A stretch of DNA of 64,000 nt from Cyanophora paradoxa CCMP329. Taxonomy: Eukaryota > Plantae > Glaucophyta. Positions 21,490 to 31,000 of this stretch are shown piece by piece. The first letter of the stretch is position 1. Each line of letters opens with the position of its first letter. The stretch spans positions 1 through 64,000 of the forward strand of contig QPMI01000452.1 of assembly GCA_004431415.1 (NCBI GenBank), given 5' to 3'. The position numbers and the translations under genes are program-made. The notes under the pieces are model-generated. The model was not told the DNA's origin, did not search any database, and saw nothing but the letters and a program-made list of their open reading frames with translations.

Positions 21490-22476
21490 GTGGATGCAGC
21501 TCGTTGGGCCCACATCTGTGCTCGCATTACGTTCTACGCAAACCAGCATCTTGCCCCATCCACGCGAGATGCATATGCAATGTGGGTTGGCCGTTTTCGG
21601 CAGTTCTGCATTCAGCTGGGTGTTCTACCTTTTCCCGTCGATGCTGAGGTTCTAGCCGGTTTTTTGTGCGATATTGCTGACGATGACTACGTCTTCTCAA
21701 CTATAAATGTAGCTTTTTCTGCAGTTCGTAATGAGTGTGAGACCTTGCGCTTTGATACCTCAGTTTTCAGCTCAGTGCTTCTTCAGCACGTCCTCACGGG
21801 CTTGCGCCGAGTCCTGGGCGATGGCCCCACTCGCCCAGCGGCCGTCCTTTCGGTCGAACATATTCGCCGGCTAGCGGTAGCTTCCGATCGTGTTCCATCA
21901 CAGACCCATCGTCGCTCTATTGCTATGATCACCGTCGGTTTCTTTGGCCTCCTCCGTCGCTCTGAGATTGTGCAAATTCGGCGGTCTCATTTATCTTTCC
22001 GCCCAGATGGCATGGTCCTCCGCGTCCCTCGCTCTAAAACAGATCAGACTCGGATTGGTCACGAGCTTTTTATTTCGGCTCTTCCAGGCAACGTGTTATG
22101 TCCTGTTTTTCGTCTTCGTGTTTATATAGCCACTCTGCCTCCTACTGTGGATGTCGTATTTGGACAGCTTCGCAATCCTAGTGTCGCCCTTTCTCCGGCG
22201 TCTGTCGGCTTCGCACTTCAGCAGCTTCTCAACCTCGCTGGTATTGACAAATCTGGTTTCGCCACGCACAGCCTGCGCCGCGGTGGGGCCTGTGCTCTTG
22301 CAGCTGCTGGTGTTCCCGACGACGTCATTCGCGCCTTCGGACGTTGGCATCCGGATTCTCAGGTCTATCGCCGCTACATTCAGGGTTCGGCGAGGCCCGG
22401 TCTCACCAGCGCCATGGTTCTCGCCGGGAACATCCCGACTCCCTTGCCTTCGCCGTCATCTTCGCCTTCTGCTTGA
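21490..22476 (+). CDS. Tyrosine recombinase
   Basis: LLRRSE, SKTDQ, HSLRRGGA, GRW, RRY (R-K-H-R-W-Y catalytic set). Confidence 0.95.
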   Translation: MDAARWAHICARITFYANQHLAPSTRDAYAMWVGRFRQFCIQLGVLPFPVDAEVLAGFLCDIADDDYVFSTINVAFSAVRNECETLRFDTSVFSSVLLQHVLTGLRRVLGDGPTRPAAVLSVEHIRRLAVASDRVPSQTHRRSIAMITVGFFGLLRRSEIVQIRRSHLSFRPDGMVLRVPRSKTDQTRIGHELFISALPGNVLCPVFRLRVYIATLPPTVDVVFGQLRNPSVALSPASVGFALQQLLNLAGIDKSGFATHSLRRGGACALAAAGVPDDVIRAFGRWHPDSQVYRRYIQGSARPGLTSAMVLAGNIPTPLPSPSSSPSA

Positions 22477-22895
22477 TTCCGGCGTTGTCTTTGTCTTTGG
22501 GGCGCGGGCACCCTTGCCGCCACTGCGGACGTGCCGCATGGCGGAGGCCGCCCGCTTACCCTTCTTTATTATTCATATGCAGATTCATATTCCCATTCAT
22601 TTGCTTTACAGCTGCATGAGCATGATTTCTCTTATGTCTGTCATGCATATGATGCATGAGCGCATTCATACTGTAGATTTAGATATAGAGTAGCTGCAGA
22701 CTTTCTGCATTCATAGCTAATCATTTGTAGTCTCTAGATCCCTTTAGTACTCTTCTTTTTCTCAATATTCTCTTCAACCATTTATACACACAATCATTCG
22801 TAACCGAATGAATTGTAAACTAGCTGCTAGGAAATCCAAATCTTTGCTGCCATTGTTGTGAGCAAGTGTGTTCGCCTGCTATCAGGAAACCTTCA

Positions 22896-22956
22896 CTTCA
22901 TGGCAATTGTACAAGTAGTACCTCAATTGCAATATACGAAATGAGCGCTGTCCGAA
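22896..22956 (+). repeat. Split direct repeat B2 (61 bp)
   Basis: Identical to 19096-19156. Confidence 0.95.
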
Positions 22957-23788
22957 CGTAAAATCGGTGCGCCTGGTGCAAGCAACGGTTCCTAATGTTC
23001 TTTCGACCGTGACAAACGATATAGATGCCACTGGTGCAACCATCGAGCGCATGGAACTCTATTTCTCGGTCACAGCTTCGGATTCCGGATTCGTGACCAT
23101 CACAATCCCCAAAGGATTTTACACCAAAGACGACCTTGCCGCAAAAGTCACAGAAAGACTCGAAGCAGCTCGCCTTTCAGATTTCGGTGGAAAATACATT
23201 AAATGCCGCTATAATACTACTTCAAAGATCTATGAGTTTTTCAGTGATAGTAACTTTTGGTTCAAGTTCTCCAAAGCTTCCCCTGAAACACTCAGAAAAT
23301 CCAGTAACCGCAAAGCAATCGCTAAGAAACTCGCAATATTCGGTTTCAAAGATATTCAACTATATGTTTACGAGACATTTACCCCTCTTGCAAGCGATAC
23401 ATTCCTTGTGTTTAATCCTGGGACGGGAACTGTGACACTCAATCGACGCATTCGCGGCTATACTCGTGGAGATGAGACCCCGGCTGCAATGATTTGGCTA
23501 TATATTGATGAGTTCGCGCCGTTTATTCGCTCAGTCAACAAGCACGTCGACGGTTATTTCATGCGCATTCCAATCCCACAGGAACTCGAACATGGTGATA
23601 TCTACCACTTCGACACGTCCACTACTGTGCCTCTCGTTCGTGAATTCCGCGAATTAAAATCTTTCGACCGCCTGACGATTAAACTCATCGACCATGATGG
23701 CGCTCTCTTAGATTTCGGGGTTTGGGCGCATTATTTCACTTTTGAGATCGAAACCTACGACGCACCGCCCGAAATGAATTTCTATTGA
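22957..23788 (+). pseudogene. 3' part of minor capsid protein 2 (308 aa when rejoined)
   Basis: VKSVRLVQATVPN, ITIPKGFYT..L, IWLYIDEF, FDRLTIKLIDHDGALLDFG..FTFEIE; paralogous to 16201-17046. Confidence 0.88.
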
Positions 23789-23835
23789 GCCCTGTAAATT
23801 ATTTTCTGATCCCAAAGATAAGAGAAGAAACGCTC

Positions 23836-25149
23836 ATGGAGACTAACAGCCAATTCCAGCGCCCAACGCTGAAATCTATGCTCACCACCGATGACTACAA
23901 GGATTATTTCCTAAACAAGTCGCTGGTCATTGGAACGTCCTCTGGCACTAAGCCGCTTCGAGTTCTGGTCGCCCCCGACACTGAACCAACCAATGCCCTC
24001 GGTAACCGAGTAGTTTTCAAGATCCCCCGCTACCATTTCCTCAATGGTCTCGCGCTGCAACTCGATCTTAACCCGATCACCCTCACTGATCTCACGAATG
24101 GTGTCGCTGGAACTACTGGCTACCTTCGCGTTATTGGATCGCTAATTAAGCGCATTGAAATCTCTCACGCTTCATTCCGCTATGTTGTCCCGGAAGATTT
24201 CGTCACCCAGTATTTTCTACTGATGACCGAACAGGGCGAACTCGACAAGAAGCTCCGCTATGTAGGTGGTCTTGTCGGAACCGCTGGTAACACTGTCGGT
24301 GGAACCTACGAAATCGATTTACCCTCTCCTTTCGAGAAGGCGATGTTCCCACTTTGCGCTCTGAACTCTGAGATCACAGTCGAAATCGAATTCAAGGCGC
24401 AAGGGGATGGTATCATTGAGGACGTAAACAATGTTGCCAATATTGCGGTTACCAACAATGGCACTTCCCTTCAAGTGCTGAAACCCCGCGTTATCTGCAA
24501 GGTCGTAAATGCCGATGAGGCGGTTGTATCTGAGACCATTGCCCGTGTTAAATCGACTGGTATCGCGATCCCCTACAACGAAATCGGTTTCCTCCACACA
24601 GATTTCCAACCGACCGCCTCCGGTTCGCGAGTCAATCTCTCGCAACTCACAGGTGCGGGTCTCATCCACACTCTCGTATTCTCTGTGCGCCAAAACGCGA
24701 AGACGAAGGTGAACAACGGAACTCTCTCGGTTCTGGCTCCTCGTGCACTCAGAACCAACGCTGTAAGCTTCTATGTGGAACTCAACAATAACCGCCTTTA
24801 CTCAAATACTTCGCTTCCTCTCATGATTGCCGCGACCGAGCTTCAAGATAAATATAATTCGGCGATCTTTACCGAGAGCACAAGCTACCCCGCTCTCACT
24901 GGCATTTACTTCGGTGCTGGAAACGGAAAGGCGTCGCTTCTCAACCAAGAGAACACGGGCTACATCGATGCCACAGGCACATCGGCGTTCGATCTGGTCT
25001 TCGAATTCAATGGCGTCACAACGGCAGCCGAAGGTTCATCAGAATGGTATGCGAGTGCCGCCTATCAAAAGATGCAAATTCAGTGCATTGCCCTCGCTCA
25101 TAACATAATGATAATTTCCGCCGACGGTATTCGCAGAGTATCCGCATGA
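23836..25149 (+). CDS. Major capsid protein (double jelly-roll)
   Basis: Likely ATG 23836, ~437 aa, beta-rich: GNRVVFKIPR..FL..L.L.L, LIKRIEIS, IDLPSPF..FPLCAL...VEIEF. Located between mCP and ATPase. Confidence 0.85.
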   Translation: METNSQFQRPTLKSMLTTDDYKDYFLNKSLVIGTSSGTKPLRVLVAPDTEPTNALGNRVVFKIPRYHFLNGLALQLDLNPITLTDLTNGVAGTTGYLRVIGSLIKRIEISHASFRYVVPEDFVTQYFLLMTEQGELDKKLRYVGGLVGTAGNTVGGTYEIDLPSPFEKAMFPLCALNSEITVEIEFKAQGDGIIEDVNNVANIAVTNNGTSLQVLKPRVICKVVNADEAVVSETIARVKSTGIAIPYNEIGFLHTDFQPTASGSRVNLSQLTGAGLIHTLVFSVRQNAKTKVNNGTLSVLAPRALRTNAVSFYVELNNNRLYSNTSLPLMIAATELQDKYNSAIFTESTSYPALTGIYFGAGNGKASLLNQENTGYIDATGTSAFDLVFEFNGVTTAAEGSSEWYASAAYQKMQIQCIALAHNIMIISADGIRRVSA

Positions 25150-25211
25150 GGAATTCGTGCGATTACCACATTCAGTCTTATTTTTCTATTGTTTTTATAG
25201 TGAAAGCAAAC

Positions 25212-26069
25212 ATGACAGAACTGGACGAGTTTGATGCAGGGTCGATGATTAAACCCCCTTTCAGAGCCATTTTCATCGGACGCTCTAACACAGGCAAGAC
25301 TGAAAGTTGCCTTTACTGGATTAAACAGCTCCACGATGCGAAAAAGATCGATGCCGTTATTGTAGTAACTGGAACGAAATTTAATAATTTCTGGGCGCCT
25401 GTTACTCCGATGGTTCTCGATGGTTGGGATCCCGTTTTCATATCTAAACTACTGGATACTCGACAGCAGAAGATTGCAGCTGGTGGAAAGGTTAATGAGT
25501 TACTAATCGTTTTAGACGATTTAATTGATAACGAATACGTGGATCTCCACAAAGACAAGATGATTTCTTCGCTCTACACTCGCGGGCGCCACTCCCATAT
25601 TAGCATCATGGTAATCACTCAGAAAATGCGCAAACTGTCGAGTACTATTCGAGTAAATACCGAATATACGTGCATTCTCAATGCCAGCAATCGCTTGGAG
25701 CTTCTCGCAATCGAGGAGGAATATAATACGGGCTCCAAAGATGACTTTTTTAAGCTTTTCAAAGAGTATGTGCACTCCTATCAATTCCTTGTAGTTTCCT
25801 CCGCTGGGTATGATACATCCATGTATGTAGACAAGGCAGAGCTCGTGAGAGACTTTAATTTCCCGCGTTTTCACAGAGGCGCTCAGCTATATGAGGAAAA
25901 GAAGCGCAAACAACAAGAAGAGCAAGCTACAAAACCGCCGCCTATCAAAGATTCGACAACTGTCTGTAAAACTTTATCCAAATTTGAGCGTGAGCTTGAA
26001 GGTATCCCCAAACTTTCCCAAATTTCGCCGAAGAAAAAGAAAATGTTAATCAAATGTAAGAGAAGATAA
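25212..26069 (+). CDS. A32/FtsK-like DNA packaging ATPase
   Basis: Walker A GRSNTGKT, Walker B LIVLDD, TRGRH, ITQ, IRVN. Confidence 0.95.
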   Translation: MTELDEFDAGSMIKPPFRAIFIGRSNTGKTESCLYWIKQLHDAKKIDAVIVVTGTKFNNFWAPVTPMVLDGWDPVFISKLLDTRQQKIAAGGKVNELLIVLDDLIDNEYVDLHKDKMISSLYTRGRHSHISIMVITQKMRKLSSTIRVNTEYTCILNASNRLELLAIEEEYNTGSKDDFFKLFKEYVHSYQFLVVSSAGYDTSMYVDKAELVRDFNFPRFHRGAQLYEEKKRKQQEEQATKPPPIKDSTTVCKTLSKFERELEGIPKLSQISPKKKKMLIKCKRR

Positions 26070-26071
26070 TC

Positions 26072-26755
26072 ATGGTCTACCGAAAGAAGCCTCAAACCCT
26101 ACAAGCGGTCGCTTCTGGTAACCCCAATCGCGGACTTGAAGAGTCTGGATTAACGTCGGGTGGCGGTCTCGAAATGCCCGAATATCTTGTAGACACTTCG
26201 CCAGAAGAGGTCGCCAAGCAAGAGGCAATCATTGCGGGTGCCACCGCGGACAAGGGAAACCAAGATAGCGGTAAACGCCAAGTAGAAGACATGGTCGAAG
26301 CGAAATCACAGATCGCCGGGGGCGCTCCCGATGCTAACAGCGAGAAAGTTATTAAAGCGCAAGTTGTTGCAAGCCAGCACAAGACACAAGACGTCCCGAA
26401 AGCCGCCGAAACCGAGCTTAAAAAGCGCGGATCCTATCAAAAACACACAGTTCCTGTCGACGTTGTCATGAGCTTCGAAGAGAAAGTGCGAGACCTTGAA
26501 ATGAAAGTGTCAAACTACGAGAAATGGATGCAAGATTATAACGAACGCAAGAAATTAAAGGGTCTCGTAAAGAAAGAGATCTCGAAACTCGGATTAAAGC
26601 AAAAAGTCGACGTAGAGGAGATTAAAAAGGAGGAAAAGACAGATGCGCAAGCCGTAACTCGTCAGCAATCGGTCGCCCCGCAATATGCACATATAGTGCC
26701 GACCGCACCAGCGAATTATGCCGCAATGCTCGGTGGTAAACGCCATATCCGCTAA
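26072..26755 (+). CDS. Viral hypothetical protein, homolog of 1199-1933
   Basis: Synteny and shared C-terminal coiled-coil. Confidence 0.75.
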   Translation: MVYRKKPQTLQAVASGNPNRGLEESGLTSGGGLEMPEYLVDTSPEEVAKQEAIIAGATADKGNQDSGKRQVEDMVEAKSQIAGGAPDANSEKVIKAQVVASQHKTQDVPKAAETELKKRGSYQKHTVPVDVVMSFEEKVRDLEMKVSNYEKWMQDYNERKKLKGLVKKEISKLGLKQKVDVEEIKKEEKTDAQAVTRQQSVAPQYAHIVPTAPANYAAMLGGKRHIR

Positions 26756-26959
26756 TGGCTGTGAATATCCGCAAGGCAAAGCTGAACCCGCCCGTATTTA
26801 GAGCGGGTCTTAATATGAATGCCCTTGCAAAACGGGCATGTCGGCTCCATAAACAGCATTATAAGGTCGACCAATTCGTAGGGAAACACACGAGCAAGTA
26901 AAGCCCTCATTCCCTTTTATTTTCTCCGATATTTAATACGTTGCCCAATTGTAGGGTCG

Positions 26960-27373
26960 ATGAATTTCATCACACAATGCATCGAAATGTTTCATTTGCA
27001 TTTCACAAGCACGTGCCACAACTCTTGCTGTGACACAACCGTAGAGGTTAATATTTCTGACGACGAGAATGGAGGTAGGCGCCTTTCTGTATATTCTAAC
27101 CACAGCGACAATCACAACCACCCACGATCTCGATCGCCCTCGCCTGTGCGCACGGCTATGAGTTCCAATATCGAGACCTCTCAGATAGAGGATGTGCATG
27201 TAGAGCATATTAGAAGGCGCTTATGTCCTGAATTTGTGGAAGGGCATTTTCGCGCTGATTCACCTTATCCGATGTATAGATTGGATCAAATGGCATTAGG
27301 CGACGATGACAGCTTAACAAACCCCTATGTATATCCTCAGCAACAAGAAAGAACCGTCTGGAACGGTTATTGA
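26960..27373 (+). CDS. Small protein with CHxxCCDTT motif, homolog of 1956-2228
   Basis: Conserved N-terminal ~35 aa. Confidence 0.75.
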   Translation: MNFITQCIEMFHLHFTSTCHNSCCDTTVEVNISDDENGGRRLSVYSNHSDNHNHPRSRSPSPVRTAMSSNIETSQIEDVHVEHIRRRLCPEFVEGHFRADSPYPMYRLDQMALGDDDSLTNPYVYPQQQERTVWNGY

Positions 27374-27412
27374 GCGGTGAATTTCGGTGGCGCCTGTATC
27401 GATCCGAGCGCA

Positions 27413-27420
27413 AAAATTGA
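27413..27420 (+). promoter_or_regulatory. AAAATTGA, Mimiviridae-type early promoter motif
   Basis: Intergenic, upstream of 27498; near-identical context (GCAAAAATTGAA(A)GGTTT) at 32439-32455. Confidence 0.55.
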
Positions 27421-27497
27421 AGGTTTCGGCAAAAGGTATATAAGGGCAAGGGAAATAATACAGAGTGACAAAAAACTATTTTCTCCGGTTATAGTAA

Positions 27498-27911
27498 ATG
27501 GCGAAACCCAAGATTTCAAACCAAGAGGCAATGGCGGCACAGCAAGAAAAGCGCAGACCCGGGCGACCGAAGAAGGTGATTTCAGAAGAGGAGAAGGCGG
27601 AGAGATTAAGACTAAAACGCGAAAAAGACGCCGAGCGGCAGCGAAACAAGCATCAGAGACAAAAGCAGGAGCGATTAGCCGCAGGGGAAGCGACTGTATT
27701 TACCCCGGAGCAGCTACAAAAGATCGCAATTCGTAAACAGCAGCGATACCAAGACGATGAAGAGTATCGGGAGAAAATCCGAGAGAAGGCACGGGAATAC
27801 CAACGCAGAAAAAGAGCGGAACGAAAACTGAATCCGCCGGTGAAGCCCCAGCCTCAGAAGCCCGCTGGGAGACCCCGAAAGCATGTCGTCGAGAACGCAA
27901 AAAATTCGTAG
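27498..27911 (+). CDS. Basic AT-hook protein, homolog of 2610-2936
   Basis: PGRPKK and AGRPRK motifs. Confidence 0.75.
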   Translation: MAKPKISNQEAMAAQQEKRRPGRPKKVISEEEKAERLRLKREKDAERQRNKHQRQKQERLAAGEATVFTPEQLQKIAIRKQQRYQDDEEYREKIREKAREYQRRKRAERKLNPPVKPQPQKPAGRPRKHVVENAKNS

Positions 27912-28040
27912 CGGAAAGTATCCGTACGACGCAAAAAATGATTAATTTTTTACCTCCCTTTTTATTCCCCGTATCCGTCAAAAAAGCATTTAAGGAATTA
28001 ACAACAAGGGTATGAAAAGGAGGATTTGGTAGATTGCGCC

Positions 28041-28059
28041 GAAATTATTTTCTCCGGTT
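28041..28059 (+). promoter_or_regulatory. Conserved upstream motif AAATTATTTTCT(CCGGT)
   Basis: Exact or near copies recur shortly before ATGs at ~27473, 28042, 34360, 23797 and, in element 1, ~2579 and 3111. Confidence 0.65.
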
Positions 28060-28080
28060 ATTTTAAAAGAACTAATAGAG

Positions 28081-31000
28081 ATGCCGCGCGCAGCCAACAG
28101 AATCGCTAACAATGTTCGGGAGGAGATTATCGGATACATTATGCAGGGATTGAGTCAGGATTTGCTAACCGAAGAACAGGCGCATTGGGCGATGCACAAC
28201 ACAATGAATCGGAAGCCCAAGCTCCAAACGCTGATCGACATTCGGGACACTCTGAATGGTATCATTAATCCCCGCGTTTTCCGCAGGGCAGAGCGGAAAG
28301 AAAAGCGCGCCGCTCGCACCCAAGTTAATATAGAAAAGCAGAAGCAAAAAGAACAGGAGGCTAAGCGTTTACAGCGCTTCGATCGCAAGCAAGAACAGAA
28401 ACGAGCGAAAGAAGCGAAACTCGAAGCGAAGCAGCAGAGAGGTAAACTAAAAGCGGTAGAGGATGCGATTAAACGCACTATTCTCGATCCAATCGCCGCA
28501 TACGATCCGGAAACTCTCGCAACAATTACGTTCAAGCTATGGGGACCTGGATCCGGTGCTCGGTCGTCGGATATGCTCGTTCGTCCCGGAATTCCCGAAT
28601 TAAATATACCAGATAGAACCTTTGTCACCTACCGCAATATAAGAGAGACAGTTTCGGTGAGGGTGTTGCGAAACTTTGCTCTGGCAAAAATCGATAAAGC
28701 GTATGGAGTTCTCATTCGACCCGATCAAAATCGTTATTATTCGGAAGAGAGCGATTCAATCTTCTATTTACTCGAAAACTATGATGAATTGGCTATGGGT
28801 CTGGGAACTTTCGGCGAAGCATACGAGGTGTTCTTCTTTAAGACACCACCAACCGCGGAACAGAGAAAACTACGTGAAATCTTAGTGGACTTCGGTAGTA
28901 GCATCGATGATGCCTTTGTAACTGTCCACGAAATCGCGATTGATGGAGCCGAAGCGGCTGAGGATGATGATGGAGCCGGCGCTATACCTGGCAATCGCTA
29001 CGCGTTCCTGGATGAGGAGCTAATGGACAGTATGCGATGCACCGCGATTATGAGCAAATTCACAGACTATACATTAAATCCAAACGCGTCTGAGTTCGAA
29101 GATCTAATAGAGCTTCCCAAATCATCGACATCTAACGCTTGCGGCTATGATATGATCATCTCCACATGGGGAGCGTCCATTAAGAAGTGTCAGGAGGCGC
29201 CAAAACCGCGATATACTGACTTAACTATGTCGTACGACGGTCTCTATAAATTCTTTCACGGTCGCGAACGCACACCTGGCGACTCTCTGGCTCTCACCCT
29301 CCGCCATATCGAGAAATTCTGTAAGAGAATTCAGACAGGCTTCCGCGTCTTTGATGTCGACGGTAAGTTAATATACAAATTCGCGGCGGAATCAATTAAC
29401 AAAAACATCTTTCCCCGCAATATTCACTTTATGATTCACAACAAGCACATCTATATATTCAACGATAACATCAAGTCGCTCGAAATGCGCATGGCAAAGA
29501 TGGAGGTCGAAGAGCTCGATAATCATGTTCCTAAGTCCAACTCTTCGTTAGCACTCTATAAAATTCCGACGTGTCTTACTCACGATATCTTCGCGCACAC
29601 ATCCAAGGATTTGTTAAAGATCACGCAACTTAAACTATCGCCTGACGAGCGCAGTTTCATCCGCATTCTTTATACTGGGCGCGAAGGTCTGGAAGGTCTT
29701 CTATTTACGTTCCTGAAAATGCGATATGAGCCCGCAGTGAAGCTAACACCATCGAAACAGATCGACAGCATCACATTCAAAGCTAATGGCTCCATGTTCT
29801 CTATCAAAGATCCACGCACAACAGACCACTTTATTGAGCAAGATTTCGAAACAGAGGAGTATTATAATAAGGTCTGTGAAATCGGTAAGGGGTTCCGCGA
29901 GTCGCTACTAAATGCGACGAATATCTCACATTACAGCCCGAACATGCGCGAAATTCTCACGCACTACAAGCGATCCGCACTTAGCGGCTATTTCTATAAG
30001 CCAAACCCGAAAGCCACCTACACAGCTGTCGATATGGCGAAGTGCTACCCTTCGATACTGAAAGGTATGCAATATCTTCCGAAATACAATGTGTTTGATG
30101 ACTTCGTCCCCTTTAAAGCGGGAAGCGAAATTCTCGAATACGCGATCTACTACGTGCGTGTGGTTGCGTTTGAGAGAGAGCAAGCGACTTTCGCCGACGA
30201 TGAGGACATTGATTATGATGCCGCCATGTCTCGCAAGATTGATGGAATCGAAATTATTCTGGATCGCGCATTTTCCGTGAGTGGTCGCTGTTATAATTTC
30301 ATGACAGGCTACACTCTCTCCATGCATTGGGCGGACGTAAAGGACAAGATAGAGATTATCGCGGTCGCGGAGCCTTCGCATTTGGTGCCCAATACGTCGA
30401 TCTCCGAGATGAAGAAGGTTCTGTCAAGCGACATTCAAAACACGGACAAGAAGCACATTTTAGTGAAAGAGATCGGAATGCTCGGCAAATTCCAAGACTC
30501 GCAAACATCCACGAAAATGTTCTACAACCGTGCCGAGGCTGAAAGGTTCGCCCAAGAATGCGGAGGCACAGTAGAGGTGTTTACTTTCAATCCTAAGAAT
30601 TCGAAACGTGTCAAAGCTCTCAGCGAATTCGAAGGTCACATCTATTTCGTTAAGATCAGCTCCCACCGCGAGCTTGTTAACGGATTCCTCCCGATCCACT
30701 TTCATATTTACGATCGTAACCGCGCTAATATGTTTGCGCAATACAAGCGCCTGACAGCGCGCGGGCACAAGGTTGCCGGGATCAGAACGGATTGCCTATA
30801 TATCGAAGGTTCATGGACAAGTAAGAAAGAGTTCGACCGAAATGCGTTTGAGAACATGGGCAAATTCAGCTATATTCCTGGGAAAAGATGCCCTGAGAAT
30901 GCACTCCGCCCACCACGGGGTGTAACTCTCGAATTTCAGGATCCCGACATACTCATTAACCGGTTCTCGCTGAGGGACGAATTTAATCCTGAGTGCTTTA

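Larger units (their letters stand above)
17156..22956 (+). mobile_element. Tyrosine-recombinase retrotransposon (DIRS order; PAT-like: split direct repeats plus MT domain)
   Basis: Layout A1-gag-B1A2-RT/RNaseH/MT-YR-B2; inserted at an AA dinucleotide that matches the B/A junction core. Confidence 0.95.

Noticed and set aside
392-22476. Programmed ribosomal frameshifting in the primase-helicase, integrase, gag and pol genes
   Set aside because: The shifts are numerous, fall inside conserved domains and often in short homopolymers. Decay or long-read indel errors in multicopy DNA are more likely; they cannot be told apart without reads.
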